Positions 30,846-41,233 of a stretch of 64,000 nt of DNA are shown in pieces (positions within the stretch are counted from its first letter, which is position 1; the number at the start of each line of letters is the position of its first letter). The stretch comes from Candidatus Omnitrophota bacterium. GTDB taxonomy: Bacteria; Omnitrophota; Gorgyraeia; Zapsychrales; JANLHA01. The translations under genes and the position numbers were made by a program. Below the pieces are notes generated by a model. The model did no database searches, had not been told where the DNA came from, and worked only from the letters and a program-made list of their open reading frames with translations. The stretch lies in contig JBBRHV010000005.1 of the NCBI GenBank assembly GCA_038222225.1, positions 1,824 to 65,823 on the forward strand, given 5' to 3'.

Positions 30846-32537
30846 ATGACCGAACCTATCAATGAAAAATCTTTAGATTTTATCCGTCAGATCGTTGCGG
30901 AGGATGTTAAAAACGGGACGCACGGTGGAAAAGTCGTAACGCGCTTTCCGCCGGAACCTAACGGATATCTGCATATCGGCCATGCCAAATCGATCTGCTT
31001 GAATTTCGGCGTTGCCCAGGAATTCGATGGCCGCTGCCATCTTCGTTTCGACGATACTAATCCGATCAAAGAAGAGCAGGAATATATTGATTCGATCAAA
31101 ACCGATGTGCGCTGGTTGGGGTTTGATTGGGGCCAGCATGAATATTATGCCTCGGACTATTTCGATCAGCTTCATGCGTTTGCTGTTCAGCTGATCAAAA
31201 AAGGAAAGGCCTACGTGGATGACCTTTCTATGGAGCAGATCCGTGAATACCGGGGAACATTGACGGAAGCCGGCAAGCCGAGCCCCTACCGTGACCGTTC
31301 CGTTGAGGACAATCTGGAGCTTTTTGAAGGAATGAAAGCGGGCAAATTTCAAGAAGGCGAAAAAGTTTTGCGCGCGAAAATGGATATGGCCGCTCCCAAC
31401 ATCAACATGCGCGATCCGGTGATGTATCGCATTTTGCATGCGTCCCATCCGCGTACGGGGGACAAATGGTGCATTTATCCGATGTATGATTTCGCTCACG
31501 GACAATCGGATTCGATCGAAGGGATCACGCATTCGATCTGCACACTGGAATTTGAAAATCACAAACCGCTCTATGACTGGTTTATCCGGGAACTCGGGAT
31601 CTTTCCGTCTCATCAATATGAATTTGCGCGTTTGAATCTGACATATACGGTTTTAAGCAAACGAAAATTATTGGAACTGGTCAACGCCAAAGCGGTAGAC
31701 GGGTGGGATGACCCGCGCATGCCGACGTTAAGCGGAATCCGCCGCCGGGGATACACGCCGGAAGCGATCCAGGAATTTTGCAAACGGATCGGCGTGGCTC
31801 GGGTGGACGGCGTGATCGACGTGTCTCTGCTGGAATATTGTTTGAGAGAAGATTTAAACCGGCGCGCGCAGCGGGTGATGGCAGTTTTGAAGCCCTTGAA
31901 AGTGGTTATTACGAATTATCCTGAAGGACAAACCGAACAACTGGAGGCTGTGAACAATCCTGAAGATGAGAGCGCCGGGACAAGGAGGATTCCGTTTTCG
32001 CGCGAGCTCTACATCGAGCAGGAGGATTTCATGGAGGAGCCTCCGAAGAACTTTTACCGGTTAGGTCCGGGCCGTGAGGTCCGGTTACGGTATGGGTATT
32101 TTATTCGTTGTGAAGAGGTCGTTAAAGACAGTAATGGCCGGGTTGTTGAGCTGCGATGCACATATGACCCAGAGACCAGGGGAGGCAATGCCCCTGACGG
32201 GCGAAAGGTCAAAGGAACGATCCATTGGGTGTCGGCCTCTGAATCGATTCAAGCCGAGGTTCGGTTGTATGACCGGCTGTTCAGTGTTGAAAACCCCAAT
32301 GCTGTTGACGAGGGACAGGATTTTAAATTCCATTTGAATCCAGATTCAATGGTGATATTAAACGGATGCCGCTTAGAGCCTTTCCTGAACAATGCCGTAG
32401 GTGAGACCCCTTATCAGTTTGAACGCAAAGGATATTTTTGTTTGGACTGCAAGCTTTCGAAAGACGGAAAGCTTGTTTTTAACCGGACGGTTTCACTGAA
32501 AGACGCCTGGGCAAAAATCTCGCAAAAAAATCAATAA
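30846..32537 (+). CDS. glnS: Glutaminyl-tRNA synthetase
   Basis: HIGH motif ([14 protein letters not shown]) and MSK-type motif (VLSKRKL), with the GlnRS-specific domain organisation. Confidence 0.95.
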   Translation: MTEPINEKSLDFIRQIVAEDVKNGTHGGKVVTRFPPEPNGYLHIGHAKSICLNFGVAQEFDGRCHLRFDDTNPIKEEQEYIDSIKTDVRWLGFDWGQHEYYASDYFDQLHAFAVQLIKKGKAYVDDLSMEQIREYRGTLTEAGKPSPYRDRSVEDNLELFEGMKAGKFQEGEKVLRAKMDMAAPNINMRDPVMYRILHASHPRTGDKWCIYPMYDFAHGQSDSIEGITHSICTLEFENHKPLYDWFIRELGIFPSHQYEFARLNLTYTVLSKRKLLELVNAKAVDGWDDPRMPTLSGIRRRGYTPEAIQEFCKRIGVARVDGVIDVSLLEYCLREDLNRRAQRVMAVLKPLKVVITNYPEGQTEQLEAVNNPEDESAGTRRIPFSRELYIEQEDFMEEPPKNFYRLGPGREVRLRYGYFIRCEEVVKDSNGRVVELRCTYDPETRGGNAPDGRKVKGTIHWVSASESIQAEVRLYDRLFSVENPNAVDEGQDFKFHLNPDSMVILNGCRLEPFLNNAVGETPYQFERKGYFCLDCKLSKDGKLVFNRTVSLKDAWAKISQKNQ

Positions 32538-32616
32538 CGCCGTTTTGGGCAGATGACGATAGCTGGAAAACGCTTGGCTTAGGGCAAGCAGGTCTAAGGT
32601 TTTTAAAGGACTGTGT

Positions 32617-34251
32617 ATGAACGCATTATTTTTAGTCGGGCTGGTGGTTTTTTTGGGGACCATCAGCGGGAAAGTGTTTCAAAAACTTCACATCCCTCAG
32701 GTGGTCGGTTATATCTTGTTGGGGCTTATTGTCGGGAAATCATCGTTGCATATTTTTGAAGGGCCGATCGTTGATTCTTTGATGCAGGTGGTGAGCTTCA
32801 CGCTGGGGATTATCGGATTCATCATCGGCGGTGAACTGAAGGCCGATGTGTTCAAGCGGTATGGGCGTAGCATTTATGCCATCCTGTTAGGGGAGGGATT
32901 GTTTGCCTTTCTCTTCGTTGCTGTCGCGATTACCTTGATCACGCATAAATTGTATTTGGGCCTGATCTTTGGAGCCATTGCGTCAGCCACTGACCCGGCA
33001 TCAACGATCAATGTCTTATGGGAGTATCGTTCTAAGGGGCCTTTAACCACAACGCTGAGTTCGATTGTGGCCTTGGATGACGGTTTGGCGTTGTTGATTT
33101 ATGGTTTTGCCGTTGTCTTTTCCAAGGCATTGATCACCAAGGCGTCCTTTTCTTTTTTGTCTTCTGTGGCGGGCCCTTTGTGGGAGATCGCTCAATGTCT
33201 GCTGGTGGGTGTTGTGGCGGGGGTGATTGTTTCTAAGACTATTGTACGGATTCGGGAAAAGGATTTGGCCGTGGCGTTTATTTTGGGTGTGATCGCCGTC
33301 GTTGCCGGCGTAGCCTTGTGGTTTGAGTTGGATTTGATCCTTTGCTGTATGTCGTTGGGGGCCACGATCGCGAATTTGATCCCGAATAAGAGCGAAAAGC
33401 TTTTCGCCTCGATCAAGGAAATGAGCGTCGCGTTGTATATTCTGTTCTTTGTTGTGATCGGCGCGCAGCTCGATATTTCGATTTTTTTGAAGTCTTCCCT
33501 GCTTCTGTTGGTGATCGGATATTTGCTTGCCAGAGGATTGGGTAAGGTTTTGGGCGCAACGTTTGGAGGAATGATCGCGCACGCCAGGCCTGAAGTCGTC
33601 CGTTATACGGGATTGGGGCTTTTTACTCAAGGCGGAGTCGCGATGGGCCTGGCTCTATCGGTTGCCCATGGAATTTCGACGATATCGCCTGAGGGGCAGG
33701 AAGCCAGCATATTGATCATGAATGTGGTAGCTGCCACCACATTTATTGTTCAGTTGTTCGGTCCGTCCTGTGTAAAATTTAGTATTTTGAAAGCGCATGA
33801 GGCGTATAAAAATGTGACCAAGGAAGACGTGATTGAATCGTTGAAGGTCAGCGATGTGATGCAGAAAAGTTTTGTGCCGATCCCCGAATGTGCCCCGCTA
33901 GCGGAAGTGATCCGGATCATCAAGAACGAAGAAGCGCATTACTTGCCGGTGATTGACTCGCGCAATCAAAGCATCGGGTCGGTCTCTCTCAACAATATCA
34001 AAGATGCCATTTTAGAAGAAGAGCTGAATAATCTGCTGGTTGCCGGGGATATCGCGATTTTTGATTATTGGGCCATTGCCCAAGACCGTCCGCTGCGGGA
34101 CGCGATTCAGATTTTTGAAGAGCGGTATCTTGATTACCTGCCGGTGATTAAGGCCGAAGGCACAAAAGAAGTGGTTGGGATCTTAGAACATCAGCATTTG
34201 GCCGGGGCCATCAATCGGGAACTGCTGGCCCGCCAGGGTTCTAGCGAATAA
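32617..34251 (+). CDS. Cation/proton antiporter (CPA/Kef-NhaP type) with C-terminal CBS-domain pair
   Basis: Roughly 11-12 TM helices with the Na_H_Exchanger fold, followed by two CBS-like repeats (VSDVMQKSFVPI...; IAIFDYWAIAQDRPLRDAIQIFEE). Confidence 0.8.
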   Translation: MNALFLVGLVVFLGTISGKVFQKLHIPQVVGYILLGLIVGKSSLHIFEGPIVDSLMQVVSFTLGIIGFIIGGELKADVFKRYGRSIYAILLGEGLFAFLFVAVAITLITHKLYLGLIFGAIASATDPASTINVLWEYRSKGPLTTTLSSIVALDDGLALLIYGFAVVFSKALITKASFSFLSSVAGPLWEIAQCLLVGVVAGVIVSKTIVRIREKDLAVAFILGVIAVVAGVALWFELDLILCCMSLGATIANLIPNKSEKLFASIKEMSVALYILFFVVIGAQLDISIFLKSSLLLLVIGYLLARGLGKVLGATFGGMIAHARPEVVRYTGLGLFTQGGVAMGLALSVAHGISTISPEGQEASILIMNVVAATTFIVQLFGPSCVKFSILKAHEAYKNVTKEDVIESLKVSDVMQKSFVPIPECAPLAEVIRIIKNEEAHYLPVIDSRNQSIGSVSLNNIKDAILEEELNNLLVAGDIAIFDYWAIAQDRPLRDAIQIFEERYLDYLPVIKAEGTKEVVGILEHQHLAGAINRELLARQGSSE

Positions 34252-34271
34252 AGCACACACTGCAAAAATAC

Positions 34272-34323
34272 TTGCCATCAGGCCGATTCCAGGTATAATA
34301 TCAAATTGTTAAAAAATTCACGA
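34272..34323 (+). promoter_or_regulatory. rex promoter (TTGCCA-16-TATAAT) with Rex-operator-like site TTGTTAAAAAATTCACGA
   Basis: The -35 is at 34272-34277 and the -10 at 34294-34299. The palindromic site at 34306-34323 resembles the Rex consensus TTGTGAAnnnnTTCACAA. Confidence 0.6.
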
Positions 34324-34342
34324 TTAACTAAGGCAGCGGTGA

Positions 34343-34978
34343 ATGAAAAGATTTCCACAGCGCACTATTATACGGGCTTTTATTTATTTGAGGGCGCTTG
34401 ACGCCCTTATTGAAGACGGGCGGGTGTATGTATCTTCCGGCGAGCTTGCCACAATAACATCGCTCACGGATGTTCAGATCCGTAAAGATATTTCGGCTTT
34501 TGGAAAAGTCGGAAAGCCTCGCGTTGGTTATGATACGCGCCGTTTGAAACAGCTTTTGGAAGAGTTTGTGGTTCAGAATGTTGTTCATGTGGTTTTGTTT
34601 GGGGTTGGAAATTTGGGTTCCGCCATTTTGCGGTATCCCGGATTTCAGGAAGACAAAATTAAGATTGTGGCTGCTTTTGACAGTGACCCGGAAAAAGGCG
34701 ACAAAGCCATTAACGGAATTTCAATCTATCCGCTTGATAAAGCCAAGATGATCATTCAAAAGAAACATGTGGAAATCGGCGTGATCGCTGTTCCCAAACA
34801 AGCCAGTCAGCAGATTGCCGACCTTTTGGTGTCCTGCGGGGTAGAGTGCGTCGTGAATTTTTCACCGACGAATATCAGCGTGCCTAAAGGCACGTTTGTG
34901 AAGAATATTGACCTGGCGGTAGAGTTTTTAGCGCTTTTTTGTGATATGAGTTCAAAGAAGGCCGCTCAACATGCATGA
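34343..34978 (+). CDS. rex: Redox-sensing transcriptional repressor Rex
   Basis: N-terminal winged helix (ELATITSLTDVQIRKDISAFG) and a C-terminal Rossmann NADH-sensing domain (VVLFGVGNLGSAIL). Confidence 0.9.
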   Translation: MKRFPQRTIIRAFIYLRALDALIEDGRVYVSSGELATITSLTDVQIRKDISAFGKVGKPRVGYDTRRLKQLLEEFVVQNVVHVVLFGVGNLGSAILRYPGFQEDKIKIVAAFDSDPEKGDKAINGISIYPLDKAKMIIQKKHVEIGVIAVPKQASQQIADLLVSCGVECVVNFSPTNISVPKGTFVKNIDLAVEFLALFCDMSSKKAAQHA

Positions 34979-35324
34979 GCTTTCCATTGCCAGCGCACTG
35001 ATGGAGCAGATCATTTCGGAAGCGGAAAAGCATGAGCTTTCGCATATCGATGAGGTAGAGATTCATGCTGGCATTTTACGTCAGGTGATTCCCGAGGTCA
35101 TGCAGGAAGCGTTTCGGGAGGTGTCTGTGAAAACAGTTGCGGAAGGTGCGCTCCTGATCATTGTTGAAATTGAAGCGCAGGCCCGTTGCCGGAAATGCCA
35201 AACAGTGTTTGAGCCCACCTTAGATTCTTTTTTGTGTCCGCACTGTCAGATCGCGGATGTGGACATTCTTAAAGGCGACGAGATTATTCTGGCGGCGATC
35301 ATGTCTAACAGCGTAAATTTATAA
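34971..35324 (+). CDS. hypA: Hydrogenase nickel incorporation protein HypA
   Basis: MHELSIA N-terminus (Ni site) and two C-terminal CxxC motifs (CRKC...CPHC). Confidence 0.85.
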   Translation: MHELSIASALMEQIISEAEKHELSHIDEVEIHAGILRQVIPEVMQEAFREVSVKTVAEGALLIIVEIEAQARCRKCQTVFEPTLDSFLCPHCQIADVDILKGDEIILAAIMSNSVNL

Positions 35325-35333
35325 GGATGGATT

Positions 35334-36017
35334 ATGAAAATTAATATTGTGAAAAATGTTTTAAAGGCCAACGACCTGGTGGCGCAGGCGAACCGGAAAA
35401 CTTTTAAGGAGAAGGGTGTCTTGGCGGCGAATTTTATCAGTTCTCCCGGAAGCGGTAAAACCACGCTTCTGGAGAAAACCCTTACGGCTTTAGGGGAGCA
35501 GCAGCATAAGGCAACGGTGATCGTCGGTGATTTGCAGACAACCCGGGATGCGCAGCGGCTGGAGCCGTTTGCTTACCAGGTGGTGCAGATCAACACGGGG
35601 ACGAGCTGTCATTTATATGCCAATCAGGTTGCCGAGAGCCTGCCGAAGCTTGACCTGGAAGCGGTTGAATATGTCTTTATTGAGAATGTGGGCAACATGG
35701 TCTGTCCGGGTGAGTTTGACCTGGGTGAAAACATCAAGGTCATTCTTTTGAGCCTGCCGGAAGGGGACGATAAGGTGGCGAAATACCCGACGATTTTCCG
35801 TGCCGCGGATGTGGTGTTGCTGACAAAGACCGATTTAGAACCGGTGATGTCTTTTGATAAAAAGCAGGTTTATGACGATATTTCGCGTTTGAATGCCAAT
35901 ATTGAGATTATTGAGGTTTCTGCCAAAACAGGAGAAGGACTGTCTTGTTGGGTTGAGTGGCTTAAAAAGAGACGCAAGGAAGGAATTGGCGCACAAGTAA
36001 AGTTTATAACGGAATAG
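35334..36017 (+). CDS. hypB: Hydrogenase nickel incorporation GTPase HypB
   Basis: P-loop GSPGSGKTTLL, CH motif, and G-domain ENVGNMVCP. Confidence 0.9.
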   Translation: MKINIVKNVLKANDLVAQANRKTFKEKGVLAANFISSPGSGKTTLLEKTLTALGEQQHKATVIVGDLQTTRDAQRLEPFAYQVVQINTGTSCHLYANQVAESLPKLDLEAVEYVFIENVGNMVCPGEFDLGENIKVILLSLPEGDDKVAKYPTIFRAADVVLLTKTDLEPVMSFDKKQVYDDISRLNANIEIIEVSAKTGEGLSCWVEWLKKRRKEGIGAQVKFITE

Positions 36018-36043
36018 GCGGGAGGTAGGTGTAAAAAATCTCC

Positions 36044-36101
36044 TTGCAACATAAGGAGAAATTGATATAATAATTTCTTATAATTGTTAAAATTTTCACG
36101 A
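36044..36101 (+). promoter_or_regulatory. hox operon promoter (TTGCAA-16-TATAAT) with second Rex-operator-like site TTGTTAAAATTTTCACGA
   Basis: The -35 is at 36044-36049 and the -10 at 36066-36071. The operator at 36084-36101 is nearly identical to the one upstream of rex. Confidence 0.6.
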
Positions 36102-36160
36102 TTTAAAGGTTGAACCGTAAAGCTCTGTTTAACATTTTGAAAAAAATAAGGGCCTCTCTT

Positions 36161-37975
36161 ATGACTAAAGAACTTCAAAGTACAATTCAAGTAATTTGTA
36201 AACAATGCGGGAATGACAAGGCGCGCATGATGGATGTTATGACCGCGGTTCAGAAAAAGCACGGTTGTATTTCCAGCCAGGCTATGGATTTGATCGCCAA
36301 GCAGCTGAAGGTCGACCGGATCGATGTGGAAAGCGCAGCCACGTTTTATTCATTTTTATCCACAAAGCCTAAGGGCAAAACGGTCATTCGGCTGTGTAAT
36401 GACATTGTTGATATGATGCAGGGCGCAAAGGAAGTTGCGGCTGCGCTTGAGCAGGAGTTGGGCATCAAATTCGGCGAACAAACTCCGGATGGAAACATTT
36501 CATTGGAATACACCCCTTGCATCGGAATGTGCGATCAGGCTCCGGCAGCTTTAATCAATGATGTGGTGATGACCTATTTATCAAGCGACAAGGCTCGGGA
36601 GATCGTGCGTGAGCTCAAGAAACACAATGATCCTAAAAAAATTGCTTGTCGTGTCGGTGATGGCAATAACGCCCATGAGCTTGTGCGCTCCATGGTTCAT
36701 AACGGTTTGCGCAAAAAAGGGGACGTGATTTTTGGTGAGCATGCGGCAAATGGCGGCCTGAAAAAAGCCCTGGGGATCAGCCCGGTTGAGGTCATTCGGG
36801 AAATCAAAACGGCCCGCTTAAGAGGCCGCGGCGGAGCAGGATTTCCGACGGGTATGAAATGGGAATTTACGCGTGCCGCGGAAGGTGAAAAGAAATATGT
36901 TCTCTGTAACGCAGATGAGGGAGAACCGGGAACATTTAAAGACCGGATCCTTTTGACCGAAAAGTATGACCTGATGTTTGAAGGTATGACCATCGGCGCT
37001 TACGCGATCGGGGCGCAAGAAGGCATCGTATATTTGCGGGGTGAATATGCGTATTTGAAAGATTTTTTAAACGCCATGCTTGCCAAAAGACGGGCGGACG
37101 GCTTATTGGGAAAAAATGTTTTAGGCAAAAGTGGTTTTGATTTTGATATCCGGATCCAGCTCGGAGCCGGGGCTTATATTTGCGGGGAAGAAACATCTTT
37201 GATTAGTTCGGCAGAGGGCCTAAGAGGGGATCCTAAGACCCGTCCGCCATTTCCTGCACAAAAGGGATATTTAGGTTGTCCGACAACAGTGAACAATGTG
37301 GAAACATTCTGCTGTGTGGCCCGTATATTAGAGAAGGGAGCCGCATGGTTCTCACAGGTGGGGACACCTGGAAGCCCTGGAACAAAATTATTGAGCGTTT
37401 CCGGCGATTGTGCTAGCCCGGGAATTTACGAGTTTCCCTTTGGGATTAAAGTGGAAGAGATGCTGCAGGCTGTCGGCGCTCAGGATGTACAGGCCGTGTT
37501 GATGGGCGGTCCATCAGGTCAGTTTATTGGGGCAGCGGATTTTAAGCGCGCGATTTGTTATGATGATTTGGCTACGGGCGGTTCAGTGGTAATCTTTAAT
37601 AAGACACGCGACCTGTTGGGGCTCGTCGATTATTACATGGACTTCTTTGTGGAAGAAAGCTGCGGATACTGTACGCCATGCCGTGTCGGCAATGTGTTGT
37701 TGAAAAATGGCGTTGATAAGATCCGCGGGGGCCGGGGGGATTTGGCCGATTTAGCGTATTTAGAGGATCTGGGGAAGTCGATCAAATTGACCAGCCGCTG
37801 CGGTTTAGGGCAGACATCGCCTAATCCGGTGGTAACGACCATTAAGAACTTCCGCGGTATCTATGAAAAAATTATAAAAGAACAGAAGGCGGGCATGATA
37901 TCAACGTTTGATATTCATGACGCGTTGAAGCAGGGCGAAGAAGCATCGGGACGAAAATCAGAGATCTTTAAATAA
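36161..37975 (+). CDS. hoxF: NAD(P)-linked bidirectional [NiFe] hydrogenase diaphorase subunit HoxF (NuoE-like plus NuoF-like fusion)
   Basis: N-terminal thioredoxin-like 2Fe-2S domain, the NuoF FMN/NADH module (GRGGAGFPTGMKW, GAYICGEETSLISSAEG), and a C-terminal 4Fe-4S CxxCxxC. The ATG at 36161 is preferred over the upstream TTG at 36110. Confidence 0.85.
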   Translation: MTKELQSTIQVICKQCGNDKARMMDVMTAVQKKHGCISSQAMDLIAKQLKVDRIDVESAATFYSFLSTKPKGKTVIRLCNDIVDMMQGAKEVAAALEQELGIKFGEQTPDGNISLEYTPCIGMCDQAPAALINDVVMTYLSSDKAREIVRELKKHNDPKKIACRVGDGNNAHELVRSMVHNGLRKKGDVIFGEHAANGGLKKALGISPVEVIREIKTARLRGRGGAGFPTGMKWEFTRAAEGEKKYVLCNADEGEPGTFKDRILLTEKYDLMFEGMTIGAYAIGAQEGIVYLRGEYAYLKDFLNAMLAKRRADGLLGKNVLGKSGFDFDIRIQLGAGAYICGEETSLISSAEGLRGDPKTRPPFPAQKGYLGCPTTVNNVETFCCVARILEKGAAWFSQVGTPGSPGTKLLSVSGDCASPGIYEFPFGIKVEEMLQAVGAQDVQAVLMGGPSGQFIGAADFKRAICYDDLATGGSVVIFNKTRDLLGLVDYYMDFFVEESCGYCTPCRVGNVLLKNGVDKIRGGRGDLADLAYLEDLGKSIKLTSRCGLGQTSPNPVVTTIKNFRGIYEKIIKEQKAGMISTFDIHDALKQGEEASGRKSEIFK

Positions 37976-37995
37976 TCTAACTATAAGGGATCGTT

Positions 37996-38709
37996 ATGAG
38001 CGACAAAACATTGACATTTACAATTGACGGAGTTGAAGTAAAGGGCTGCCCCGGGCAGACCATCATGCAGGTGGCCGATGAGGCAGGGATTTATATTCCG
38101 CGCCTGTGTTATTGGGACGGGTTAAAGCCGCACGGAAGTTGCCGTTTGTGTACGGTGCTGGTCAATGGACGTCCGCAAGCGGCCTGCACACAGCCGATCG
38201 CGCAGGGGATGGCCGTTGAGCACAACACCGAAGAGCTCAAAGAGCGTCGCCGGGATATTGTGGACATGCTGTTTGTCGAAGGCAATCATTTTTGTATGGT
38301 TTGTGAGAAAAGTGGCAATTGCGAGCTTCAGGCCCAGGCCTATCGTTTGGGAATTGTAGCTCCGAAATATCCATTTCAGTTTCCGGTGTGCACGGTGGAT
38401 GCAACGCATCCGGATATTTTTATTGACCGCAATCGCTGCATTTTGTGCGGACGATGTGTTCAGGCCTCGATCGATTTAGACGGAAAACATGTTTTTGATT
38501 TTGTAGGCCGCGGCAAGAATAAAAGAATCGCGGTTAATGCCGAAGCCCGTTTGGCTGATACAGATCTGGACATTACGGACAAGGCAACTGAAGTGTGCCC
38601 GGTTGGGGCGATTATTAAGAAGCGTGTCGGGTATGCAATACCGGTGGGCCAGCGCCTTTATGACAAAAAGCCTATCGGCTCTGACATTGAAGCGAAACAA
38701 ACAAAGTAA
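37996..38709 (+). CDS. hoxU: Hydrogenase diaphorase iron-sulfur subunit HoxU (NuoG N-terminal-like)
   Basis: 2Fe-2S ferredoxin (CRLC) and 4Fe-4S motifs (CILCGRC, CEKSGNC). Confidence 0.85.
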   Translation: MSDKTLTFTIDGVEVKGCPGQTIMQVADEAGIYIPRLCYWDGLKPHGSCRLCTVLVNGRPQAACTQPIAQGMAVEHNTEELKERRRDIVDMLFVEGNHFCMVCEKSGNCELQAQAYRLGIVAPKYPFQFPVCTVDATHPDIFIDRNRCILCGRCVQASIDLDGKHVFDFVGRGKNKRIAVNAEARLADTDLDITDKATEVCPVGAIIKKRVGYAIPVGQRLYDKKPIGSDIEAKQTK

Positions 38710-38728
38710 CCGTTTTGAACAAGGATTT

Positions 38729-39280
38729 ATGATCATGGAAAAACCCAAAGTTGCAACAGCGTCATTGGCCGGATGTTTTGGTTGTCATATGTCGATCTTG
38801 GACATTGATGAACGGATCTTACAGCTCATTGAGCTGGTGGATTTCGACAAGTCCCCCATCGACGATATCAAAGAATTTACCGGTCGTTGCCGGATCGGTT
38901 TGATCGAAGGTGGATGTTCAACCGAAGAGAATGTTCATGTGCTGCAAAAATTCCGTAAGAACTGCGATATTCTCATCTCAGTCGGTGAATGCGCGATTAC
39001 TGGCGGAGTTCCGGCCATGCGCAATGGCATTCCCCTCAAGGAATGCTTGGAGGAGGCGTATCTTAACGGACCGACGGTCTACAATCCCGCAAGAACGCTG
39101 CCGAAGGATCCCGAAATTCCTTTATGTTTGGATCAGGTGTATCCGTGTCATCATGTGGTTAAGATTGATTATCATCTTCCGGGCTGTCCGCCGTCTGCGG
39201 ATTTGATCTGGGAGGCATTGGTTGCGCTGCTGAGCGACAAACCGATAGAATTGCCGTATGAACTTATTAAGTACGATTAA
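38729..39280 (+). CDS. hoxY: [NiFe] hydrogenase small subunit HoxY
   Basis: ASLAGCFGCHMS proximal cluster motif. About 183 aa, typical of a group 3 small subunit. Confidence 0.8.
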   Translation: MIMEKPKVATASLAGCFGCHMSILDIDERILQLIELVDFDKSPIDDIKEFTGRCRIGLIEGGCSTEENVHVLQKFRKNCDILISVGECAITGGVPAMRNGIPLKECLEEAYLNGPTVYNPARTLPKDPEIPLCLDQVYPCHHVVKIDYHLPGCPPSADLIWEALVALLSDKPIELPYELIKYD

Positions 39281-39298
39281 TCAAAATGGAGATGTGCT

Positions 39299-40735
39299 GT
39301 GGATAGAAAAAATTTAAAACGAGTTGTTATTGAACCGGTGACCCGCGTTGAAGGTCACGGGAAGGTTTCAATTCTTCTTGATGAAAATGATATTGTTCAG
39401 CAGGCCAGACTTCATATTGTGGAATTCCGGGGGTTTGAGCGGTTTGTGAAAGGGCGTCCGTATTGGGAAGTTCCGGTCATGATCCAGCGTTTATGCGGGA
39501 TCTGTCCGGTCAGCCATCACCTGTGTGCGGCGAAGGCCATGGACCGCATTGTCGGCGGTGAGAATTTGACTCCGACGGCGGAAAAGATCCGGCGCTTGAT
39601 GCATTACGGCCAGACATTTCAATCGCATGCATTGCATTTTTTTCATTTGGTTTCACCTGATTTGCTGTTTGGATTTGAGGCTGATCCGGCGATCCGCAAT
39701 GTGATCGGCGTAGCCAAGAAGTTTCCGGAGTTGGCCGTTCAAGGCGTGATGATGCGCAAATACGGCCAGGAAATTATTAAAGCCACGGCAGGCAAAAAGA
39801 TCCACGGCACCGGGGCGGTTCCGGGTGGGGTCAATAAGAACTTGTCCATCTCCGAGCGCGATGCGCTTTTAAAGGATTTAGATCAAATGGTGATTTGGGC
39901 CAGAAGCGCTTTGAAGCTGGCTAAAGAATATACGGTAACAAATTTTGATAAAGTTAAGGATTTTGGTTCTTTTGATTCGAACCATTTAGGCCTTGTGCGT
40001 GAGGATGGATGTTTGGATTTATATAACGGAAATCTGCGTGCGGTGGATTCTCAAGGCAATACGATTTTTGATCAGGTCAATCCTTTGGATTATGCCGAGC
40101 ATTTGGCTGAAGAGGTCAAGGATTGGTCGTACATGAAGTTTCCGTTCATCAAAAAGATCGGTCCGGAAAACGGATGGTATCGAGTCGGACCGTTGGCGCG
40201 CATCAATATCTGTGATTTTATCGATACGCCGGAAGCGGAAAAAGAACGCCAGGAATTTAAAGCGTTGACCAACGGCAAACCGAACAATATCACGATGGCC
40301 TATCATTGGACGCGTATGATCGAAACACTGCATTCGATCGAAAAAATTAAAGAGCTTCTTCATGATCCGGATTTGCAGGGCACGGATCTGGTGGTTAAGG
40401 GCAAGCGCCGTGAAGAGACGGTCGCCATCCTCGAGGCTCCGAGAGGAACATTGTTCCATCATTATAAAGTGAACAAAGATGATCAGGTCGTGATGGCGAA
40501 TTTGATCGTTTCAACGACCAGCAATAATGAGCCGATGAACCGTGCGGTTCAGCGTGTGGCCAAAGATTCGCTGAACGGAAAAGTCATTACCGAAGGGCTT
40601 TTGAACCATATTGAAGTGGCTATCCGCGCTTATGATCCGTGCTTGTCATGCGCGACACATGCGCTTGGTCAGATGCCGCTGGTGGTCAGCCTGTTTGATC
40701 ATGAAGGCAATCTGCTTGATAAAAAGGTGAAGTAA
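39299..40735 (+). CDS. hoxH: [NiFe] hydrogenase large subunit HoxH
   Basis: N-terminal L1 motif RLCGICPVSHH and C-terminal L2 motif DPCLSCATHA. Confidence 0.9.
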   Translation: MDRKNLKRVVIEPVTRVEGHGKVSILLDENDIVQQARLHIVEFRGFERFVKGRPYWEVPVMIQRLCGICPVSHHLCAAKAMDRIVGGENLTPTAEKIRRLMHYGQTFQSHALHFFHLVSPDLLFGFEADPAIRNVIGVAKKFPELAVQGVMMRKYGQEIIKATAGKKIHGTGAVPGGVNKNLSISERDALLKDLDQMVIWARSALKLAKEYTVTNFDKVKDFGSFDSNHLGLVREDGCLDLYNGNLRAVDSQGNTIFDQVNPLDYAEHLAEEVKDWSYMKFPFIKKIGPENGWYRVGPLARINICDFIDTPEAEKERQEFKALTNGKPNNITMAYHWTRMIETLHSIEKIKELLHDPDLQGTDLVVKGKRREETVAILEAPRGTLFHHYKVNKDDQVVMANLIVSTTSNNEPMNRAVQRVAKDSLNGKVITEGLLNHIEVAIRAYDPCLSCATHALGQMPLVVSLFDHEGNLLDKKVK

Positions 40736-40737
40736 TC

Positions 40738-41205
40738 ATGCCGGTGGGACAATCATCCAGAGTGCTGGTCATCGGCTTTGGAAATCCCGGAAGGCTGGAT
40801 GACGGTTTAGGCCCGGCCTTGGCAGCAGAGCTCGAGGTTTTAAATCTTTCTGATGTCACGGTAGACGCTAATTATCAGCTGACCGTTGAGGATTCCGATG
40901 CAGTTAAAGATCATGATGTGGTGATCTTTGCCGATGCATCGGTGGATTGCCGGGAGCCATTTGAATTTTATCCGATCCTTCCTGAGGCTAAAACGCACTT
41001 TTCAAGTCATTTCTTGGCGCCGGAAGACGTGTTGGGGCTGGCGCAGGACGCTTTTTCCGCCCGCACACGGGGTTTTGTGCTGGCGATCCGCGGTTATGAA
41101 TTTAATGAATTTGGTGAAAGGCTTTCACAGCAGGCAGCGACTAATCTACAGGCAGCAAAGCAGTTCTTAGTGGACCGTATTCAGAAACGGGATTTTGACA
41201 GCTAA
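40738..41205 (+). CDS. hoxW: Hydrogenase maturation endopeptidase (HoxW/HycI family)
   Basis: 155 aa with the LVIGFGNPGRLDDGLG motif, immediately after the large subunit. Confidence 0.8.
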   Translation: MPVGQSSRVLVIGFGNPGRLDDGLGPALAAELEVLNLSDVTVDANYQLTVEDSDAVKDHDVVIFADASVDCREPFEFYPILPEAKTHFSSHFLAPEDVLGLAQDAFSARTRGFVLAIRGYEFNEFGERLSQQAATNLQAAKQFLVDRIQKRDFDS

Positions 41206-41233
41206 CGGAAGAACTTTTCACAGGAGAATAATC

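Noticed and set aside
36110-36160. TTG start at 36110 for hoxF, as in the ORF track
   Set aside because: The TTG directly abuts the Rex-operator-like site with no ribosome-binding site. The ATG at 36161 gives a HoxF N-terminus (MTKELQ...) matching the NuoE-like domain start, so the extension is not counted as coding.
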